Origin: a virus | DNA length: 37,263 nt | Virus genome (UHGV): UHGV-0198870 | Strand: one strand, 5' to 3' | Translations under genes and position numbers: made by a program | The notes under the pieces: model-generated | Databases searched by the model: none | Told to the model about the DNA's origin: nothing | What the model saw: only the letters and a program-made list of their open reading frames with translations | Shown here: one piece after another, positions 1 through 9,454 of the stretch | Position numbering within the stretch: the first letter of the stretch is position 1 | How the letters are laid out: every line of letters starts with the position of its first letter

Positions 1-39
1 ATTTATCTGGTTGCTTGTAAGGTGAAGGAGGTGAGGACA

Positions 40-291
40 TTGCAAGAGATACCAAGGTTGATGGATGATTATGAATTCCGGAAAGAACTGGAAAGAATCC
101 GGGAGCACTTAGATGCAATCAGTAAGGATTCGAATACCGTAGAGGTGCGGAGAAATTACCTGATCAGCTGTGTGACGGTACCATCAGCAAAAATCTATAC
201 GCCGGGTCAGTTAAGACAGATATTTGATCTGACGTGGAAACAAGAAGAGCACCCGTATAAGCCGGCAAGCTTCGGGCGCTCAGAGAATTAG
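40..291 (+). CDS. Phage hypothetical early protein
   Basis: TTG at 40 downstream of AGGAGGTGA SD; tightly packed operon. Confidence 0.65.
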   Translation: MQEIPRLMDDYEFRKELERIREHLDAISKDSNTVEVRRNYLISCVTVPSAKIYTPGQLRQIFDLTWKQEEHPYKPASFGRSEN

Positions 292-293
292 TC
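240..293 (-). ncRNA. Candidate antisense small RNA (about 55 nt)
   Basis: Minus-strand sigmaA promoter at 328-300 followed by GAGCGCCCG...CGGGTGCTC hairpin (281-247) and TTCTT tail. Confidence 0.45.
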
Positions 294-299
294 AACTAT

Positions 300-328
300 A
301 TTATATGAGAAGAAAGGAAATTAGTCAA
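300..328 (-). promoter_or_regulatory. Antisense sigmaA-type promoter
   Basis: TTGACT (328-323), 17-nt spacer, TATAAT (305-300) on the minus strand. Confidence 0.6.
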
Positions 329-541
329 ATGATTAAAGCAACATCGCAGTCCGTTTGCAACGGAATAACAGGATGCCAGGTAGAAATACTGGGATCCGGA
401 GCAGAGTTATTAAGGGAATATAGAGGCGTTACGGCGGCAATATATAGATCACTTCGTGGACATATGCCAGAAGAACTGGCAAAAGAAGTTCTGGTAAGCA
501 TTACAAAGGAAGCCATTAAACAGGCGGAGGAGAAAAGATGA
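305..541 (+). CDS. Phage hypothetical protein
   Basis: 78-aa ORF with ATGA overlap to next gene; true start may be ATG at 329. Confidence 0.65.
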   Translation: MRRKEISQMIKATSQSVCNGITGCQVEILGSGAELLREYRGVTAAIYRSLRGHMPEELAKEVLVSITKEAIKQAEEKR

Positions 542-912
542 AGACGCTGAAAATTACAACGGATAATAAGATCTCTATCGTCGATGTAGATTTTAAGGAT
601 TTCAGATCTATTCAGCAGGCAGTCGGCGGATATTTCGAGACTGTGAAGACAAGAAAGATGTGGGATTACTTCAAAGCTCCGGTGATTATGCTGGTTGATG
701 AGGAAGGGTTAATCAAAGGACTTTCTTGCAATGCAGTGGCTTCTGTATTCTATGGAATCGAAGAGCATGGTTGTATGGTTGCCGGCGATGTGACCTTCGG
801 GTTAGTTCTGGGAGAAGATATTATCGGATTTGGCAATCGGGATGCGGAACAGTGGATGGAAAAGATGTTAAAAGACTTCCCTATATTGCAGAAGGAGAAC
901 AGTCATGAGTGA
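538..912 (+). CDS. DUF3846-like phage protein
   Basis: IQQAVGGYFE and MLVDEEGL...N..AS motifs typical of the family. Confidence 0.75.
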   Translation: MKTLKITTDNKISIVDVDFKDFRSIQQAVGGYFETVKTRKMWDYFKAPVIMLVDEEGLIKGLSCNAVASVFYGIEEHGCMVAGDVTFGLVLGEDIIGFGNRDAEQWMEKMLKDFPILQKENSHE

Positions 913-1096
913 TGGAAAGATACATATTCCGGCCAGAAGGAAACAGCCGGTAGATGATCAGATGGTGGTTAAAGTAACACCGGAAGCATATAACGCACTG
1001 GTAGAGATTTATAATGAATCAACTTTATCACTCAAGCAGATTGCAAGTCTTTTGATCGTAAAGGCTGCAGAGCAAGTGGTGTATGACAAAGAATAA
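905..1096 (+). CDS. Small protein, possible ribbon-helix-helix DNA binder
   Basis: VVKVTPEAYNALVEIYNESTLSLKQIASLLI strand-helix-helix pattern; GGAG SD. Confidence 0.55.
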   Translation: MSDGKIHIPARRKQPVDDQMVVKVTPEAYNALVEIYNESTLSLKQIASLLIVKAAEQVVYDKE

Positions 1097-1110
1097 TTGG
1101 AGGTAGAGAT

Positions 1111-1596
1111 ATGGCAACATTGTATGAATTAACAGAAGAATATAGACAGCTTTTGGAGATGATGGAGGATGACTCCGTTGATCCAGAGGTACTGCAGGAC
1201 ACATTGGAAGGCGTGGATGGAGAAATCGAAGCAAAGGCGGATAACTGTGCAAAGCTGATCCGTGAACTGAATGGTGTGACAAGTGTGATCAACGAAGAAA
1301 TTGAGCGTTTAAAAGCGAGAAAAGACGTGATCTCCAACAATGCTGATAGAGTAAAAAAATATCTTGAGAAGGCAATGATCGATACCGGAAAGAGAAAATT
1401 TAAGACAGCTTTATTCGGATTTAATATTCAGAAGAATCCGGCATCAGTTGTAGTGGATCAGGAAGATAAGATTCCAGAAGAGTACTGGATTAAGCAGGAT
1501 CCGAAACTGGACAAGGCTTCCCTCAAGAAGTGGCTCAAGGATAATTCGGCAGATTTTGCACATCTGGAACAGAGCGAAGGATTAAGAATTCGATAA
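1111..1596 (+). CDS. Siphovirus Gp157 family protein
   Basis: MATLYEL start, coiled coil, QKNPASV, IPEEY, KLDK, terminal LRIR. Confidence 0.9.
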   Translation: MATLYELTEEYRQLLEMMEDDSVDPEVLQDTLEGVDGEIEAKADNCAKLIRELNGVTSVINEEIERLKARKDVISNNADRVKKYLEKAMIDTGKRKFKTALFGFNIQKNPASVVVDQEDKIPEEYWIKQDPKLDKASLKKWLKDNSADFAHLEQSEGLRIR

Positions 1597-1602
1597 GGAG
1601 AT

Positions 1603-1794
1603 ATGGATATGTGGGAAGTAAGAGTAACGCAGAAATATACATCAGATCACGGAATTGATTTAGAAGAAACAGCAGCTTTCAGAGTGCCTGAACTGACGGA
1701 AGCTGGTGAAATCATTAATACATTTAAGAAATACGGTATTGGGAAAATGAGTTATTCCATTACCCAGAAGCAGGAGGAAGAGGAAAATGAGTAA
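1603..1794 (+). CDS. Phage hypothetical protein
   Basis: AAGGAG SD, operonic position. Confidence 0.7.
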   Translation: MDMWEVRVTQKYTSDHGIDLEETAAFRVPELTEAGEIINTFKKYGIGKMSYSITQKQEEEENE

Positions 1795-2428
1795 AGTTAT
1801 TTGCATTATGGGAGAATCAGGATCCGGCAAAACAACATCTATGAGAAATTTAGATCCAAAGACAACATATTATATTGATGCTGACAAGAAAGGACTTTCC
1901 TGGAAGGGATGGAGAAAGCAGTACAACAAAGAGAACAAAAACTATCTGGCATGCGACGATGCAAATATTGTCCGTCAGTATATTAAACGAATTGCAGAAG
2001 CGTGCCCTGGAGTCAAAGTGATTGTAGTTGATACAGTCAACGGACTGATGGTAGCTGACGAGATGCGCCGGAGTAAGGAAAAGGGTTATGACAAATGGGT
2101 AGATCTTGCAGCGTGTGTCTGGGATTTGGTCTGCGAAGCATATACATACAGGGATGATCTGACAATTATTTTCACGGCACATACACAGACAGATCACGAT
2201 GAAGCCGGTTATATGTTTACCAGAATCAAAACCTCTGGGAAGAAGCTGGACAAGATCTGTCTGGAAAGTAAGTTCACTACAGTACTGCTTAGCAAGTGCG
2301 TAGATGGAGCATATAAATTTGAAACTCAGGCAAACAATAGTACGGCAAAATCTCCAATGGGAGCATTTGACCAGATGGAGATTGATAACGATATTGTAGA
2401 AGTAATGAAAGCATTGGAGGACTATTAA
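1787..2428 (+). CDS. AAA_24 / Sak4-like recombination ATPase
   Basis: Walker A GESGSGKT, Walker B VIVVD, C-terminal AKSPMG; adjacent to SSB-like gene. Confidence 0.85.
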   Translation: MSKVICIMGESGSGKTTSMRNLDPKTTYYIDADKKGLSWKGWRKQYNKENKNYLACDDANIVRQYIKRIAEACPGVKVIVVDTVNGLMVADEMRRSKEKGYDKWVDLAACVWDLVCEAYTYRDDLTIIFTAHTQTDHDEAGYMFTRIKTSGKKLDKICLESKFTTVLLSKCVDGAYKFETQANNSTAKSPMGAFDQMEIDNDIVEVMKALEDY

Positions 2429-2429
2429 A

Positions 2430-3035
2430 ATGAGAAAACCGAATAATTATGAAAATACACAGGCTCAGGGAGAATTTACTCCCGTTGAGCTTGGAGGACA
2501 TACACTGGTAATTAAACAGGTTGAGGAACGAATGTCAAAGACCAATAAACCAATGATTGTTGTGTTCTTTGATTTCGCTCCAGGAGATAAGCAGGCGGGA
2601 TATTTTGCAGAATCGTTCAAGAATGATATCCGCCCAGACAAGAAATGGTCGAACCAGGCAACGCAATACATTCTGACAGAAGATGAGAATGGAGATTGTA
2701 GCCGTTCATTTAAGACATTTTTGACCTGCGTGGAACATTCCAACAAGGGATTCACAACGCAGTGGGGAGATAATTTCGGTCAGCAGTTCAAGGGAAAACT
2801 GGTTGGCGGCGTGTATGGTCCTCAGATGGATTACTATGATGGCAGAGAGATGGAGAAGAGGGTGCTTCGTTGGTTTGTAAGTGTGGACAAGGTCGCCGAT
2901 GCTGTAGTGCCGGATATGAACGAGACAAGAGCATACAAGAATCACATCAATGGGTATCCGCAGGGATCTACACCTGCAGGGGATGGATTTATGAATATTC
3001 CGGATGGCATTGATGAGGAGCTGCCATTTAACTAG
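2430..3035 (+). CDS. Phage single-stranded DNA-binding protein (DUF669-like)
   Basis: Acidic SSB tail FMNIPDGIDEELPFN; follows Sak4-like ATPase. Confidence 0.75.
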   Translation: MRKPNNYENTQAQGEFTPVELGGHTLVIKQVEERMSKTNKPMIVVFFDFAPGDKQAGYFAESFKNDIRPDKKWSNQATQYILTEDENGDCSRSFKTFLTCVEHSNKGFTTQWGDNFGQQFKGKLVGGVYGPQMDYYDGREMEKRVLRWFVSVDKVADAVVPDMNETRAYKNHINGYPQGSTPAGDGFMNIPDGIDEELPFN

Positions 3036-3046
3036 GAGTGATGTAA

Positions 3047-3565
3047 GTGGATATACAAATTGATACAAGAGAAAAGCAGCGAGCTATTCGTAAAATCATT
3101 AAGACATTTGATGATAACGACGTAAAGCATTTCTCGAGTAAGTTATTAGTCGGCGATTATATGAGTCTGGATAACCCCAGGCTCATCATCGATCGGAAGC
3201 AGAATCTGCAGGAATTATGCGGGAACGTCTGCCAGCAGCATGAACGATTCAAGAGAGAGCTTCTGAAGGCAATCAATGCAGGGATACAGCTTGTGATTTT
3301 GGTGGAGCATGGTCCAGATATCCAGAGTCTGGAAGATGTGTGGTTCTGGGAGAATCCCAGGAGGCATGAAGTTCGGTGGCGCATGGTGAATGGTAAGCGA
3401 GAGAAGTATGTGGTATCAGCTAAGGCGGTTGATGGGAATCAGCTGTACAAATCCCTGTGTACCGTTCGTGATCGATACAATGTCCGATTTGAATTCTGTG
3501 AGAAAAAAGATACCGGCAAAGAAATAATGCGGATCCTCTCAGGGGGGGGCGGTGACCCCAGATGA
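3047..3565 (+). CDS. ERCC4-domain nuclease
   Basis: IDTREK, L.VGDY and IIDRK motifs. Confidence 0.85.
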   Translation: MDIQIDTREKQRAIRKIIKTFDDNDVKHFSSKLLVGDYMSLDNPRLIIDRKQNLQELCGNVCQQHERFKRELLKAINAGIQLVILVEHGPDIQSLEDVWFWENPRRHEVRWRMVNGKREKYVVSAKAVDGNQLYKSLCTVRDRYNVRFEFCEKKDTGKEIMRILSGGGGDPR

Positions 3566-4044
3566 CCAGTGAGGAGATTAAACAAACATACAGTATGCGG
3601 GACATTTTAAATAAATGTGGACTTCCGCAGCCGAACCGGTCAGGCTTTATTCAGTGTCCGTTTCACAAAGGCGATCGGGAAGCTTCCATGAAGATCTATG
3701 ATAAAGACTTTAACTGCTTCGGGTGTGGAACAAATGGAGATATCTTTACTTTTGCTGAGATGTTTTATGGTATTTCATTTAAGGAAGCTTTCCGGATGCT
3801 AGGCGGGGGATACGATCCATCTTTCAAGTCATCCCTGGCCGTGTATCATGCAAAGAAAGAGAAGCTGATGCGGGAAAAGCAGGAGGAACGATTCCGGCAA
3901 AAACGAAAGCTAAATAATGATTTGATAGCAATATACCGGAAGTTCCTTGACCGGTCAGAGCCATTATCAGATGCGTGGTGTGATTGTTACAACGCACTGC
4001 AGCTTGAATTATATCATGCAGAAATATTAGAAAAAAGAAGGTGA
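3562..4044 (+). CDS. CHC2 zinc-finger (primase zinc-binding domain) protein
   Basis: CPFH...S..IY...FNCFGCG..GDIF; no TOPRIM domain visible. Confidence 0.9.
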   Translation: MTSEEIKQTYSMRDILNKCGLPQPNRSGFIQCPFHKGDREASMKIYDKDFNCFGCGTNGDIFTFAEMFYGISFKEAFRMLGGGYDPSFKSSLAVYHAKKEKLMREKQEERFRQKRKLNNDLIAIYRKFLDRSEPLSDAWCDCYNALQLELYHAEILEKRR

Positions 4045-4048
4045 TCAC

Positions 4049-5917
4049 ATGGAGCCTTTAGCAAGGCTGGATAGTAAAAGCATATTGGCAGAGGATATCT
4101 TTTTAGAGATATTCGACCAGGAAGACGAGATAATGAAGGCTCGAATGATCCTTTCACTGACAGATCGAGCTGCAGAGCTTGGAGTAAAGAAGAAGTTCGA
4201 AGAGTTGTTAAAAGCATACAAGAAAGTGGATCGGGAGGCAAAGCAGCGGGAGCGCAAGAAGCCAATAGCAATGTTGGACAAGTGGACGAACTTTGAAGGA
4301 CCATATAATAACATGTTCTGCGGAGCGTGGGTTGCCGGAGAAGATGGTATATTCGCACAGAACGACAGCCAAGTGGAAACAGTTGCGTGCTATCATCCAA
4401 TTCTGCCAATAGAACGTATGAAGAACTTAGAGACTGGCGAAGAGCAGATTAAAATCGCATATAAGCGAAATGGACGATGGGATGAGATTATTGTCCCTAA
4501 AACAATGGTGACATCTGCCAGCAAGATCGTAGCTCTTTCAGGAAGAGGCATTTCTGTTACATCGGAAAATGCAAAGCTATTGGTACGTTTTCTGTCAGAT
4601 GTGGAGAATATGAACGACAGCCATATCAAGGTTCAGTACTCCACCAGTAAGCTTGGTTGGATCCAGAACGATTTTATTCCTTACGACACGGAGATTGTGT
4701 TTGATGGAGATCAACGGTTCCGTCAGACCTATGACAGTGTATCAGAGCGTGGAAACTGGAAAATCTGGCAGAGCCATATGCAGAAGCTCCGTAAGTCCGG
4801 CCGGCTGGAAATAAAATTTATGATGGCTGCATCTTTTGCGAGCGTTCTGGTTAGTCTCCTGGGAGGACTACCGTTTATCGTAGATCTCTGGGGAGAAACA
4901 GAAGGCGGTAAAACAGTATCTCTTATGGTTGCCGCATCAATCTGGGCAAATCCTGATGAATCAGCGTATATCGGAGACTTTAAGACAACAGAAGTGGCAT
5001 TGGAAGCAAAGGCAGATATGCTAAACCATCTGCCAATGATCCTGGATGATACCAGTAAAACCAGTAGCCGGATTCGGGATAATTTTGAAGGCATGGTATA
5101 CGACATGTGTTCCGGAAAAGGAAAGAGCCGATCAAACAAAGAACTTGGTATTAACCGGGAGAACCGGTGGCGGAATTGCATCCTGACCAATGGAGAACGT
5201 CCACTGAATTCATATGTATCCCAGGGCGGTGCAATTAACCGTATTCTGGAAGTTGAATGCAAGGATAATGTTTATGAAGATCCACAAGAGACTGCAGAGC
5301 TTGTAAAGAAAAATTATGGTTTGGCAGGAAAACGCTACATAGAAGCATTGAAAAGCATTGGCAAGGAAGAACTGCAGCGGATGCAGAAAGAATTTCAGAA
5401 AGAGCTTAAGGATGATGAGACAATGCAGAAGCAGAGCTTGTCGTTGGCAATCCTTCTTACTGCAGATAAAGTAGCAACGGATTATTTGTTCCGGGACGGA
5501 GAATATATCACGATCAAGCAGGCAAAAACCGTTCTGATCAACAGGAACGATCTTAGTGATAATGAACGCTGCTACCGGTATTTGAAAGATAAGATTGCAA
5601 TGAATGAGCAGAAATTTGATGCGGAAAACAAAGTTGAGCAGTGGGGAATTCTGGAAGAAGGAAGAGCCATTATTTACAACCAGGCATTCAAAGATCTGTG
5701 TAAAAATGGTGGATTTTCTGACAAAGCATTCCTGTCATGGGCGGACCGGAAAGGTCTGATCGAGACACAGGGCGGACGAATGACAAAGGTGAAAAAGGTA
5801 GGCGGGAATCCTGTAAGATGCGTGTTCCTGAAGTTGAATGAGAATCTGGATGAGGATGGATTTGAGTCAGTAGAGACGATGGAAATGTATGAGCAGGAGG
5901 AGTTGCCATTCAAATAA
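4049..5917 (+). CDS. DUF927-family replicative helicase/NTPase
   Basis: KLGW motif, P-loop GETEGGKT, ILDD Walker B, GK.R, TNGE, GAINR; acidic EELPF tail. Confidence 0.85.
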   Translation: MEPLARLDSKSILAEDIFLEIFDQEDEIMKARMILSLTDRAAELGVKKKFEELLKAYKKVDREAKQRERKKPIAMLDKWTNFEGPYNNMFCGAWVAGEDGIFAQNDSQVETVACYHPILPIERMKNLETGEEQIKIAYKRNGRWDEIIVPKTMVTSASKIVALSGRGISVTSENAKLLVRFLSDVENMNDSHIKVQYSTSKLGWIQNDFIPYDTEIVFDGDQRFRQTYDSVSERGNWKIWQSHMQKLRKSGRLEIKFMMAASFASVLVSLLGGLPFIVDLWGETEGGKTVSLMVAASIWANPDESAYIGDFKTTEVALEAKADMLNHLPMILDDTSKTSSRIRDNFEGMVYDMCSGKGKSRSNKELGINRENRWRNCILTNGERPLNSYVSQGGAINRILEVECKDNVYEDPQETAELVKKNYGLAGKRYIEALKSIGKEELQRMQKEFQKELKDDETMQKQSLSLAILLTADKVATDYLFRDGEYITIKQAKTVLINRNDLSDNERCYRYLKDKIAMNEQKFDAENKVEQWGILEEGRAIIYNQAFKDLCKNGGFSDKAFLSWADRKGLIETQGGRMTKVKKVGGNPVRCVFLKLNENLDEDGFESVETMEMYEQEELPFK

Positions 5918-5918
5918 A

Positions 5919-6129
5919 GTTACCCGTTACCCAAGTTACCAGTCAATTTTTACCCTTATAGGGAAGATAAAAATATGTGAAAGTGAGAAAAATAAGTTCT
6001 CCTACATGGGAAAATGTGTGGTAACTCGGTAACCGAATGGCGAAAAGTCCAGAAAACACAGTGTTTTCAAGGCTTATAACGGTTTCCGTGTTTTGGTAAC
6101 GAGCACTAAAAACGGTAACATTCGGTAAC
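5919..6129. repeat. Putative replication origin with GTTACC/GGTAAC iterons
   Basis: GTTACC at 5919, 5926, 5935; GGTAAC at 6020, 6028, 6095, 6114, 6124; non-coding gap right after the helicase. Confidence 0.7.
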
Positions 6130-6142
6130 AAAGGAGTGGAAT

Positions 6143-6370
6143 ATGGAAGAATATGATAAGCGAGTCACAGCAATGTACAACGATTGCTGGAAGTTATACA
6201 GAGATTACACAAAATCACACAACATGAGGCAGTTCAACGAAGCGAAGGATGCCGTAATCAAGAAATATGATAGACGGTGCGATGTGATTGATCTGGTGTT
6301 GTGGATAGCGATTCGTGTACAGACTTTGCACGATATGTGGGAAAGGGAAAAGAAAGATGGAGGAAATTAG
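6143..6370 (+). CDS. Phage hypothetical protein
   Basis: AAGGAG SD, 75-aa helical ORF. Confidence 0.75.
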   Translation: MEEYDKRVTAMYNDCWKLYRDYTKSHNMRQFNEAKDAVIKKYDRRCDVIDLVLWIAIRVQTLHDMWEREKKDGGN

Positions 6371-7781
6371 GTGGTACGAAAAACTTAATTACACAGAAAC
6401 GAAAGACATCATCAAAGAGAAACTGCAGAATATGTCAAGAGATTTTGTGGCAATAGGATTCTACCTGAAGCTGATCAGAGATAAAAGCTTATTCCTGGAA
6501 GATGGATATAAATCAATATGGGAATTTGCAGAAGATAATTACGGTATCAAACGATCAACAGCATCCAGATGGATGGCAATGAACGATAGGTTCTCCAAGA
6601 ATGGTAATACCCCGATATTGTCAGAAGAATATATAAACTTTGGAAAAAGTCAGCTGCAGGAAATGTTATATCTGAATGATAAACAGATGGAAGAAGTAAA
6701 GCCGGATATGACGGCAAGAGAAATTCGTGGGATACGCACACCAGATCCTGAACCGGAAGAGATTGAAGAACAGATTCCAGAGCAAGTACCTGGACAGATG
6801 TGTGTAGAGGATCATCCGGAGATTCTTCCGGAAGAGAAACATGGTCCGGCAAAATGTATCACTGGAAAAAGTAGAAGTGGAATATGTGGAGCAGCTGCAT
6901 ATTGTTCAGAGAACTATAGCTGTTGTTCGGAATGTAATCAGAATTGCAATAGCAGGTGCGGATGGCTTGATGATGTGTGCGACGTCGCACAAGATAAACA
7001 GCAGCCGGCAGTTGAGAATGTGAATATGGATTGTCCGCCAGATCAAGGCACCTGTCCGAGGCAGAACTGGGGAATATCTCGTGAAGATCAGCATGAAGGA
7101 CAGAAAGAATGTGCGAAGTGTTGGAATCATTATAAGAGCTTGCATAAACAGGAAAAGGTGGAAGTTCGGGAAGAAAAAGTGGTGGAAATCGAAGAGAAGA
7201 TCCCAGCAGAACCTGTAACTGAAGAAGATGTAAGGTCGGAGTTGTATGAAGAAGTATCTGAGAAAACTGATATCGATATTGCCAGGGAAGAGAATCAGAA
7301 AGCTCAGATATATCTGGAGATGGCTGAGAAAGAATTCGGTCAAAATGATATCAGGATCCGGAAACAGAAGATTTTAGTTGCAGCACTGGCCGGATATATT
7401 CACGATCTGGATACGGTGATGAATCTACCAGAAGAACCGGAGCAGCCAGAACTTCCAAAACTGAAGAATAATGATCAACGGAAGGAATGGCTTAGAAATT
7501 ACAAAGACTGGGGACTGTGGTATCACGATGATCGTATCGATGTGAATTATTACAAATATGATTTTGAGGATGGCAGTAGATTGGTGGTAGCTGAATACCC
7601 AAAGAGAAAGTATTACTGGAATTCAGGCGAAGTAGAAGATAGTCATTATTTCCACTTGCTGGAAAAGAATAAAAAGTACTACGGAAAAGAAAAGACATTC
7701 GATCAACAGTATGTGCATAACGAAAACAGTGAGACTTACTTGGTGGAATTCCTGAAGAATCTGCAGAAAGGGGCGAAGTAA
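6357..7781 (+). CDS. Multidomain protein: N-terminal DUF3102/ParB-like HTH, Cys-rich middle, unknown C-terminal domain
   Basis: IGFYLK...GYKSIWEFAEDNYGIKRSTASRWM HTH, MTAREIR; Cys clusters; start reassigned to ATG 6357. Confidence 0.7.
   Translation: MEEIRWYEKLNYTETKDIIKEKLQNMSRDFVAIGFYLKLIRDKSLFLEDGYKSIWEFAEDNYGIKRSTASRWMAMNDRFSKNGNTPILSEEYINFGKSQLQEMLYLNDKQMEEVKPDMTAREIRGIRTPDPEPEEIEEQIPEQVPGQMCVEDHPEILPEEKHGPAKCITGKSRSGICGAAAYCSENYSCCSECNQNCNSRCGWLDDVCDVAQDKQQPAVENVNMDCPPDQGTCPRQNWGISREDQHEGQKECAKCWNHYKSLHKQEKVEVREEKVVEIEEKIPAEPVTEEDVRSELYEEVSEKTDIDIAREENQKAQIYLEMAEKEFGQNDIRIRKQKILVAALAGYIHDLDTVMNLPEEPEQPELPKLKNNDQRKEWLRNYKDWGLWYHDDRIDVNYYKYDFEDGSRLVVAEYPKRKYYWNSGEVEDSHYFHLLEKNKKYYGKEKTFDQQYVHNENSETYLVEFLKNLQKGAK
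6976..6991. promoter_or_regulatory. Perfect 16-bp palindrome TGTGCGACGTCGCACA (copy 1)
   Basis: Identical copy at 32230-32245. Confidence 0.7.
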
Positions 7782-8093
7782 ATGTTAGTAGAGAAGAGCT
7801 CAAAAGAAGCATTGGAGTATTACATAAAAGGAAAACCTGTAACAGCACTCTGGATAGGTGAAGACGGCGGCATGAATGCAATGCTGTTGTCAGATATCCT
7901 TGATCAACCAGAGAATCACTTTCTGGTCGATGTGCCGGCAGTCGTAAATCCGGATTTTGAACAGGCTGTGCAAGAGATGACAGGAACTGATCAGGTAGAT
8001 CCGGAAGAAATCATCCAGGCAGTGTATGAAACACAGGAAAGTATTACCCCCCCCCAACGGAGCCGGAGGAAAGGATGGAAGAAGAAACGATAG
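7782..8093 (+). CDS. Phage hypothetical protein (possibly 5' part of a gene split at a C9 tract)
   Basis: Operonic ORF; C9 at 8047-8055. Confidence 0.6.
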   Translation: MLVEKSSKEALEYYIKGKPVTALWIGEDGGMNAMLLSDILDQPENHFLVDVPAVVNPDFEQAVQEMTGTDQVDPEEIIQAVYETQESITPPQRSRRKGWKKKR

Positions 8094-8422
8094 ATCTTCC
8101 GGCGGACAATATCGAAGATAAGAAAGAGAAGATCCGGAAGCTGGTAGAGGAAGGATATACCAATCGTGAGATTGCTGATCGGACCGGTATCCCGTTCGGA
8201 ACAGTCGGGTATCATGCAGCGAGATTCCGGAAGAAAGAAAAGGAACCAGTAGACAATTCAGATCGGCACCTGTGTAAGACTTGTAAGTTCCGGAGCAACC
8301 GGCCGACAGTGAATAGCTGTGATTATGCTGATCTTATGAAGCATAGCCGTGGATGTATGATTGAAGAATGTGCAAAGTACGAGAAGGGTGCGCGGATGAA
8401 GAAGAAGGATGTGGAGGAATAG
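8075..8422 (+). CDS. HTH DNA-binding protein with C-terminal Cys cluster
   Basis: GYTNREIADRTGIPFGTV HTH; CKTC...C...C..C. Confidence 0.75.
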   Translation: MEEETIDLPADNIEDKKEKIRKLVEEGYTNREIADRTGIPFGTVGYHAARFRKKEKEPVDNSDRHLCKTCKFRSNRPTVNSCDYADLMKHSRGCMIEECAKYEKGARMKKKDVEE

Positions 8423-8425
8423 ATC

Positions 8426-8755
8426 ATGGAAAGATTAACACATAAAAGAGAGAACGGTATAAAGCGAGGGTACTGGTCCCCGAATAAGAAACAAGAGCTA
8501 GTGGATAGGCTGGCAAGATATGAAGATCGGGAAGAGAACGATGAGTTCGGCAAGTGGATTCCATATAATGATAGATTGCCGGAGTTAAATATACCAGTTC
8601 TTACTCAATGGGGAGTGTATTATTCAGGTGAAATCCGTATTGAAATCTTATATTTGAATGAATTAGGAAGATGGTATGGAGATTCGGGCGAACCAAATGG
8701 GAAAGTAATTGCCTGGATGCCGTTGCCGGAACCGTATAAGGAGAAAACAGAATGA
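8426..8755 (+). CDS. DUF551-like protein
   Basis: WIP..DRLPE and VIAWMPLPEPY signatures; MERLT N-terminus. Confidence 0.85.
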   Translation: MERLTHKRENGIKRGYWSPNKKQELVDRLARYEDREENDEFGKWIPYNDRLPELNIPVLTQWGVYYSGEIRIEILYLNELGRWYGDSGEPNGKVIAWMPLPEPYKEKTE

Positions 8756-8991
8756 CAAATAGGGAATATATGATAAATCTATTGCTGGACGGTTTGGAAT
8801 CACGCTTGAACCGAGTAAGCATTGATGATGGTGGTGCAAGCGAAGAAGCTATGATTTATTACAACATAAATTGTCCATATTATGCAGGTGATAAAAGAGC
8901 ATATTGCCGAAAAGAAGGTAGTCTAGTATCAAGTAGAGAGGTATGCGTAGATTGTAAAGCACATTGGCTTGAACAGGAAGTTGATGAATAA
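8752..8991 (+). CDS. Phage hypothetical protein
   Basis: MTNRE start, CPY...C...CVDC..WL pattern. Confidence 0.75.
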   Translation: MTNREYMINLLLDGLESRLNRVSIDDGGASEEAMIYYNINCPYYAGDKRAYCRKEGSLVSSREVCVDCKAHWLEQEVDE

Positions 8992-9021
8992 AAACAAAAC
9001 GACGAAGGAGCTGAGAAATGA

Positions 9022-9207
9022 TTGAACAGAGGAAGAGACAGAAGACAGGTAAAGCTGGATAGCCAGCAACACTATAAGGAGTTGGAAGAAAGTCATGATG
9101 CGAAGGCAAGTGAGAGATTCCATACACCAGCTTATCAGAGCTATTCGGTGGAGGATTACTTGCGGAAGATGGGAGTAGACATAAAAGAGGTGACCGGCGA
9201 TGAGTGA
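9022..9207 (+). CDS. Phage hypothetical protein
   Basis: TTG start downstream of AAGGAG; overlaps next gene. Confidence 0.6.
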   Translation: MNRGRDRRQVKLDSQQHYKELEESHDAKASERFHTPAYQSYSVEDYLRKMGVDIKEVTGDE

Positions 9208-9454
9208 ATATGTCGAGTGCTATGAAAACTTAAAAGCAGCAGTTGTAAAGCTGGCAGCGGATGATTACCGGTGGGCATTGATCAGGCTAAGGCGACACCC
9301 AAAGGATACGAATGCGCTTCATACAAAAATTGAATGTGAATTATTTTTTCGTAAAGGCATTGAGATGTACAGTGACATGGATGGAGAGATGTTGATCAGT
9401 GGGATTCAGGAAAGAGTGAGGCGGGAGTATAATGAACAGAGAGCAGCTAAGTAA
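9200..9454 (+). CDS. Phage hypothetical protein
   Basis: GAGGTGA SD; AVVKLAADDYR...ECELFF pattern. Confidence 0.75.
   Translation: MSEYVECYENLKAAVVKLAADDYRWALIRLRRHPKDTNALHTKIECELFFRKGIEMYSDMDGEMLISGIQERVRREYNEQRAAK

Noticed and set aside
3542..3549. G8 tract at end of the ERCC4 gene
   Set aside because: Only affects the last few residues; current length gives normal ATGA coupling to the next gene
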